A model generated the notes under the pieces. It searched no databases. It saw nothing but the letters and a program-made list of their open reading frames with translations, and was not told where the DNA came from. Of a DNA stretch of 64,000 nucleotides, positions 59,233-64,000 are shown piece after piece. This stretch comes from a virus (Duplodnaviria; Caudoviricetes). Position numbers and translations under genes: made by a program. The DNA lies in IMG/VR virus record IMGVR_UViG_3300047565_000101, positions 32,001 to 96,000 of that record; one strand, given 5' to 3'. Numbering within the stretch: position 1 is the first letter of the stretch; each line of letters starts with the position of its first letter.

Positions 59233-59383
59233 TTCAATTCACACCCTTCCCGCTTGACAAAGCGGGTTAGGGCCCCTAGATCTATGGGGGCAAAACTCTT
59301 GTTACGTCAAGTTACGACACACCCTGGAAATTGTGGTGTTTATCACATTCTAAATATGCGACACGCCGAGGATGGATTAGGAT

Positions 59384-59406
59384 TTGTCGGTGCAACACGC
59401 TATAAT
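59384..59406 (+). promoter_or_regulatory. PafBC-type promoter 6
   Basis: TTGTCGGTG-N8-TATAAT. Confidence 0.8.
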
Positions 59407-59435
59407 ACTCTCATACCAACAACGAAAGGCAACAA

Positions 59436-59693
59436 ATGACAACTTCAACAATTAACTTCGTTAAGTTTCCGTTTACTTATCAGGGCGTGAACTTTGTATC
59501 TCGTATCTCAGAGGAATCTCGTTTTCTTCCGCAAATTAAGGCTATGGGGCAGGCGTTTATTGATATGAATATTTCAGCAATAGATGAAGTTATGCCAGAC
59601 CTAGTATCACTTAGCATTAACCAATTAAATGAGCGACTTGCTCATATCAACGACGGTGGAACAGAAATGTTTCTAGAATTGGAAGGTAACTAA
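59436..59693 (+). CDS. hypothetical early protein
   Basis: RBS after promoter. Confidence 0.7.
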   Translation: MTTSTINFVKFPFTYQGVNFVSRISEESRFLPQIKAMGQAFIDMNISAIDEVMPDLVSLSINQLNERLAHINDGGTEMFLELEGN

Positions 59694-59695
59694 TA

Positions 59696-59971
59696 ATGGG
59701 ATACACAACAGCGCTATCACTTGCAGAAGATGTGTCTATTGACGCAGGACTTGCTTATCACTTACAGGCTAATCATTACCCGCCCGTCCCTGTATCTATG
59801 GTGGATGCTTGCATCGAAGCCATCGACGCATACCATGAAGAGGACTATCAGCGACTAATCGAACTTCCAGCTGGCGTATCATGGCGTGGAGAAACTTCAT
59901 GCCCTGCATCAGCAATCGTAGAAGCGCATCACCTAGATGCTTGGCTACCACAGGAGGAATACTATGAGTAA
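59696..59971 (+). CDS. hypothetical early protein
   Basis: HLQANHYPPVP...HHLDAW. Confidence 0.7.
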   Translation: MGYTTALSLAEDVSIDAGLAYHLQANHYPPVPVSMVDACIEAIDAYHEEDYQRLIELPAGVSWRGETSCPASAIVEAHHLDAWLPQEEYYE

Positions 59972-60104
59972 TCTTTATTCTATCTTATCAGAGCTTCACC
60001 CGAACGGTGACTTTACAGAATCTGATCTATGGGATGCTATCGCAGAATCAGAGGGAGTAGATGTCTACTCAATTATGGACGGAGACCTAACAGACTATCT
60101 GTGA
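59964..60104 (+). CDS. small acidic protein (46 aa)
   Basis: GGAGG RBS; manual translation. Confidence 0.55.
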   Translation: MSNLYSILSELHPNGDFTESDLWDAIAESEGVDVYSIMDGDLTDYL

Positions 60105-60132
60105 TTTAATTCACAGCCACAGGGCTAGACAA

Positions 60133-60155
60133 ATGTCAGACCCCACTGCTATAAT
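60133..60155 (+). promoter_or_regulatory. PafBC-type promoter 7
   Basis: ATGTCAGAC-N8-TATAAT. Confidence 0.75.
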
Positions 60156-60190
60156 ACTCGCATAACAACAACTAATAGAACGGAAGCAAA

Positions 60191-60368
60191 ATGACAATCA
60201 ACCAAAAGACATACGAAGTAGGCGACCTATTCACGACTCTTTCATCAGGCGTGACAGGTACAATTACTGAAATCGTCAAGAACGCATCTGGCTCGGTGCG
60301 TGTTAAGTTAGATACAGATAAGGGAGAACGCTGGACAACAGTTTCAGCCGACTCGCTTTCATAACTAG
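60191..60368 (+). CDS. small SH3/KOW-like protein (end approximate)
   Basis: YEVGDLF...GVTGTITEI...VRVKL...RWTT. Confidence 0.55.
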
Positions 60369-60434
60369 ATAATCGAAACAGGTGCAGTTTGAGGGAGTTC
60401 TCGCACAATGTCGTAAGTAAGAACCCTCACTAAT

Positions 60435-60457
60435 TTGTCAGACAACCATGTTATACT
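60435..60457 (+). promoter_or_regulatory. PafBC-type promoter 8
   Basis: TTGTCAGAC-N8-TATACT. Confidence 0.8.
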
Positions 60458-60491
60458 AACCAACTAAACCAACCAACGAAAGAGGAATAAA

Positions 60492-60893
60492 ATGGCTAGA
60501 GGCGTATCAGTTAAGGTAGCAACAACTAAGGTAATCAAGGCTCTTGAAACAAAGTTGGCAGAAGGCAAGTCTGCTATGACTAACAATGAGAAGAAGCGCA
60601 AGGAATACGAAAAGACAGAGAAGGCCTGGTCTAAGGAAGTTGCCGATATTGTCTTTAAGCAAATCTCAAAGGCAGAAGTAAATGCACATGAGAACTGGCG
60701 TGGAGAAACAAACATCAACATTACAGTTCCTGCCAATGTAATCAAACTTCCTGAGAAGCCTTCTATTGACCTAGAGCGTGAACTAGGTGCGTATGAGATT
60801 CAGGAGATTGAGAACGCAATTCGTATTCTCAAGATGACAGATGAGGAAACAGTAAATGCTGCGACCTTCAACAAGTTGTCACAGTATCTATAA
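60492..60893 (+). CDS. hypothetical early protein
   Basis: GAAAGAGG RBS. Confidence 0.75.
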   Translation: MARGVSVKVATTKVIKALETKLAEGKSAMTNNEKKRKEYEKTEKAWSKEVADIVFKQISKAEVNAHENWRGETNINITVPANVIKLPEKPSIDLERELGAYEIQEIENAIRILKMTDEETVNAATFNKLSQYL

Positions 60894-60931
60894 ATAAATA
60901 AAGTTGGTGGGGCTGTTATTCCTTACCAAAA

Positions 60932-60958
60932 CGACCTGAGTAAGTCGCCAAACTGCTC
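60932..60958 (+). ncRNA. H-type pseudoknot motif, copy 1
   Basis: CGAC-CTGAGTAA-GTCG-CCAAAC-TGCTC. Confidence 0.55.
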
Positions 60959-60993
60959 ACACCTTAGGGTGTCCCTACTAACAAAGGCAACAA

Positions 60994-61230
60994 ATGAAAA
61001 ATCGTTATCGTATTGAAATTTACGACGACATCAAATCAAATGATTTGACAATCAACACAGACACCTTCACAGATATTCAAGGTCTGCGAAATTATATGCA
61101 CAAGAACATTTCAAAGTTTAGCACCAAGGTTCGTGCATATGTTTATGACAATCAAGAAAACAAGAAAGTTCTAGCAGCTTTCTTACCAATGGAAACAGTT
61201 CAAGCTTTAAAGAATAAAGTTTCCGTATAA
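60994..61230 (+). CDS. hypothetical early protein
   Basis: ORF with RBS. Confidence 0.7.
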   Translation: MKNRYRIEIYDDIKSNDLTINTDTFTDIQGLRNYMHKNISKFSTKVRAYVYDNQENKKVLAAFLPMETVQALKNKVSV

Positions 61231-61381
61231 TACTAAGAGCTGGGGATCTCTTTAAACTCCCCGCCTTGCCCCCAAAGGTATGGGGGCATTTTAGCTGTTA
61301 CGTCAAGTACCAAAACACCCTGAAAATTGTGGGATCGATCACATTCTCAGCATCTGAGATAGAATGTAATTAGACTATCAT

Positions 61382-61404
61382 TTGTCGGACCCGCCTGTTA
61401 TAAT
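61382..61404 (+). promoter_or_regulatory. PafBC-type promoter 9
   Basis: TTGTCGGAC-N8-TATAAT. Confidence 0.8.
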
Positions 61405-61435
61405 TGCCTAATCAATCAAACGAAAGAGGAAAATC

Positions 61436-62449
61436 ATGGCTCATAATCTCGAAACTGTAAACGGTGAAGTTGCTTTCGCATTGCGTGGTGCACCTGCATG
61501 GCATAATCTCGCAAACCGCATTTTCTCTAAGGATGAGGAAGTTTCGACTCAACTCATGCTCGATGAGGCTAAACTTTCCAATTGGAATGTTCGCCTCTCT
61601 CCACTAACTGATCACATCTCTGAAGAGTGGAGCGATGTTTCAAACTCTCACCTTGTATTGCGTACTAATCCTTTTAATGGCGGAACTGATGTTCTAGCTA
61701 ATGTTGGAAAGCGTTATAAGGTAGTTCAGAATGAGGAACTATTTCAATTCGCTGATTCAATTCACGATGCAGACCCTAATTGCCGTTGGGAGTCTGCTGG
61801 CTCTTTGCGTAATGGTAAAGTCGTATTCGGTACTGTTGAAATTCCTCGCACAATGGTTTTAGACCCACAAGGTGCGAACGATGAGACAAAGCTTTATCTT
61901 ATCGTATGGACATCACATGACGGTTCTGTTGCTGTTCAGGCTGCTGTAACCCCTGTTCGTGTTGTATGCCAAAACACTTTGAATCTTGCAATGCGTAATG
62001 CAAAGCAATCATTCAAGATTCGCCACACGCAAACCGCAGAAGGTAAGATTCAAATCGCACGTGAGACTCTTGGCTTAACTCTAGGCTACTTTGATGAATT
62101 CGAAAAGCAGGCTAAGGCACTATTCGAAACATCTGTTACCGATGCAAAGTTTCACGATATTATTCGTGCAATGTATCCAAAGCCTGCTGAAGATAAGTCA
62201 AAGCAGGCTCTCACAAAGTGGGAAAATAAAGTTACTCTCATCGATGACATTTATTTTAACTCACCAACTCAGACTAACATCAAGGGCACCGCTTGGGGTG
62301 TAGTTAATGCGCTTACTGAGCGCCTAGACTACTTCCGCTCAGGGCGTGGCAACTCTGAAACACTCATGGCGGGTGCATCAGGCTTTGACCCAATTCTTAC
62401 CGCTGAGAAGAATAAAATCGTAAAGCAGGTAATGTCCCTAGCGGGTTAA
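61436..62449 (+). CDS. DUF932 family phage/plasmid protein
   Basis: PAWHNL, YKVVQN, ESAGSL, SHDGS, PVRVVCQNTL, RHT and GTAWG motifs. Confidence 0.85.
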   Translation: MAHNLETVNGEVAFALRGAPAWHNLANRIFSKDEEVSTQLMLDEAKLSNWNVRLSPLTDHISEEWSDVSNSHLVLRTNPFNGGTDVLANVGKRYKVVQNEELFQFADSIHDADPNCRWESAGSLRNGKVVFGTVEIPRTMVLDPQGANDETKLYLIVWTSHDGSVAVQAAVTPVRVVCQNTLNLAMRNAKQSFKIRHTQTAEGKIQIARETLGLTLGYFDEFEKQAKALFETSVTDAKFHDIIRAMYPKPAEDKSKQALTKWENKVTLIDDIYFNSPTQTNIKGTAWGVVNALTERLDYFRSGRGNSETLMAGASGFDPILTAEKNKIVKQVMSLAG

Positions 62450-62454
62450 TAACC

Positions 62455-62481
62455 TCTCCTGAGCATGAGATAAAACTGCTC
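62455..62481 (+). ncRNA. H-type pseudoknot motif, copy 2
   Basis: TCTC-CTGAGCAT-GAGA-TAAAAC-TGCTC. Confidence 0.55.
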
Positions 62482-62586
62482 ACGCTACGGCGTGTCGGCT
62501 TGACAAAAGCCGATCAGGGCCCCCAATGTTACGGGACGGGGTGATGTGTTACGAATCACATTTTAAATCCCTGGAATCCTTGCTAT

Positions 62587-62609
62587 TTGTCAGTGGTGTC
62601 CGCTATAAT
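62587..62609 (+). promoter_or_regulatory. PafBC-type promoter 10
   Basis: TTGTCAGTG-N8-TATAAT. Confidence 0.8.
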
Positions 62610-62616
62610 ACTCCAC

Positions 62617-63183
62617 ATGACAACGAACTGGAACAAGTACACATACGTATGCAACACATGCGATGGTCTATTTGAAATGACCATCCAGGCAACCAGAACA
62701 ATCGATCAAAAGCTTTGCCCATCTTGTTTTAATACAATGACATATTTGTCAGTGGCAGATGCTACAATACCTTCTACAACAACAACGAAAGAGGAACCAA
62801 TGATTGAAAACGCATTACCTGAAGTAACTGCTAAAATTGCAGAACTCGAAGCAACTCTTAAGAACCACCAGAACTGCGATTACTGGAAGTCAGAGAATGG
62901 TCGCATCGGTTCACAACTAATTAATCTAATCAATACTGCATATGAGAACGATGCAGAGGCGTCAGAGATTCTAGAATCAATCTGTGAAATCATTGACTAC
63001 AATCCTGTCAAGACAGTACAGTTTGAGGGCGTAATCCACTTCTCAGGTTCTATCGATATTCCAATGAACGAGGTTGCAGACTTTGACCTCACCTCCGCCC
63101 TTGAAGATGTCTACGTAGACATTAACAACGGCAACGTGGTTATCGATAACTACGAACTCTACTCAGTAGAGGAGCCTTACTAA
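62617..63183 (+). CDS. zinc-ribbon plus acidic-domain protein; second in-frame start at 62800
   Basis: CNTC...CPSC; internal promoter and RBS. Confidence 0.65.
   Translation: MTTNWNKYTYVCNTCDGLFEMTIQATRTIDQKLCPSCFNTMTYLSVADATIPSTTTTKEEPMIENALPEVTAKIAELEATLKNHQNCDYWKSENGRIGSQLINLINTAYENDAEASEILESICEIIDYNPVKTVQFEGVIHFSGSIDIPMNEVADFDLTSALEDVYVDINNGNVVIDNYELYSVEEPY
62746..62768 (+). promoter_or_regulatory. PafBC-type promoter 11 (intragenic)
   Basis: TTGTCAGTG-N8-TACAAT followed by ACGAAAGAGG RBS. Confidence 0.75.
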
Positions 63184-63404
63184 TGTATTTTGAACTCACC
63201 GCACCCAACCAGTCTGCCCTGAAAGGGGCATTCTGGGAGGCGGATGTAATTGGTCTTGACCCTGAATGGATTAAAGACACTCTAACATTCGTAGTTGGAA
63301 CTGGAACAATTGAGAAGGTCTCAAAGCTGCGAGATAAATTTAATCTAATTGAATCATACACATCAGAATACGAGCCCTACCATGCATACAAAGGAAGCAA
63401 ATGA
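63183..63404 (+). CDS. hypothetical protein
   Basis: Coupled ORF. Confidence 0.65.
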   Translation: MYFELTAPNQSALKGAFWEADVIGLDPEWIKDTLTFVVGTGTIEKVSKLRDKFNLIESYTSEYEPYHAYKGSK

Positions 63405-63583
63405 GAATCAGTTGTGATCGATGCGGAATATCTGCAGAGGCAAAGTATGTAGTTAAACTAATTGAAGGCGAATTAGCATTCTGCGGACACCATTATAATA
63501 AGTACAAAGAAGGTCTTGACAAAATAGCGTTTGAAGTAGTAGAATTAGCAACTCAACCAGAACTAGTAGAGGCGGAAGTATAA
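63401..63583 (+). CDS. small zinc-binding protein
   Basis: CDRC...FCGHH. Confidence 0.65.
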   Translation: MRISCDRCGISAEAKYVVKLIEGELAFCGHHYNKYKEGLDKIAFEVVELATQPELVEAEV

Positions 63584-63966
63584 TGGGAGACAGAGCAAAC
63601 TTCGGATTCAAGCAGTCTAACGGTGAAACAATTATTCTCTATGGTCATTGGGCAGGCCACGACATGCTTAAGAATTTGGCAAAAGCCGTAGAGACAGCAC
63701 GTCCTCGTTGGATAGATGAGGCATATGCAACACGTATTGTTGTCTCTCAATTGGTTGGCAATGATTGGACCAGCGAGACAGGTTGGGGGCTCTCAGTAAA
63801 TACTATTCTAGACAATGAGCACAAGATTCCTGTTATCGATTGGCGCAGTGGTACCTTTAGCCTTCATGAAGAGGGCGACTGGAATGAAGACACCAAGGTC
63901 CGTGGAATGTTGGATGAGCCAATGTTCACAATGACACTGGAGAACTTCATCAAGAAATATATTTAA
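63583..63966 (+). CDS. hypothetical protein
   Basis: MGDRANF...LYGHWAG; coupled ORF. Confidence 0.7.
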   Translation: MGDRANFGFKQSNGETIILYGHWAGHDMLKNLAKAVETARPRWIDEAYATRIVVSQLVGNDWTSETGWGLSVNTILDNEHKIPVIDWRSGTFSLHEEGDWNEDTKVRGMLDEPMFTMTLENFIKKYI

Positions 63967-64000
63967 CTAAATAAAATGGTGCCTCTATAGTCGACATCTC

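Noticed and set aside
60371-60430. Hammerhead ribozyme or preQ1 riboswitch
   Set aside because: GAAAC is present but there is no CUGANGA core; resemblance to preQ1-I is only partial
62447-62481. Stop-codon readthrough pseudoknot
   Set aside because: Tandem TAA TAA stops, and the other copy lies about 40 nt from its stop
55400-62620. CRISPR array or integron attC array
   Set aside because: Repeats are degenerate and irregularly spaced, separate whole gene blocks, and no cas or integrase gene is in the window
1-64000. Alternative genetic code or stop reassignment
   Set aside because: Long genes are intact under code 11, all three stops are used, and no suppressor tRNA was found

Overview
This window is a 64-kb slice of a large tailed dsDNA phage with a siphovirus-type head and tail. 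The host is most likely a low-GC actinobacterium, inferred from leaderless genes and actinobacterial regulatory motifs. Positions 1-49.4 kb are on the minus strand: primase, DnaB helicase, a phosphoesterase, tail, tape-measure, neck, capsid, protease and portal genes, several fibre-like virion proteins, a cluster of prolyl-hydroxylase-like 2OG-Fe(II) oxygenases, a class II RNR and a glycosyltransferase. Positions 49.5-55.2 kb are mixed accessory genes: a lysozyme-like protein, a TylF methyltransferase, two more oxygenases, an HNH protein, tRNA-Ile(UAU) and two candidate ncRNAs. Positions 55.4-64 kb are a plus-strand array of short, probably early genes. Two candidate systems stand out. (1) All 11 promoters found in the small-gene array match the actinobacterial PafBC/RecA-independent DNA-damage promoter TGTCRG-N10-TANNNT with exact spacing. 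They sit in a repeated cassette that also carries CRP boxes, GACAC (WhiA-type) boxes and covarying hairpins. (2) An FN3 protein ending in a (Pro/Phe/Tyr)n tract fused to a cleavage-only Hint domain lies directly upstream of five P4H-like oxygenases, suggesting a phage-encoded virion protein-modification system. No database searches were run. Family calls rest on motifs recognised by eye.
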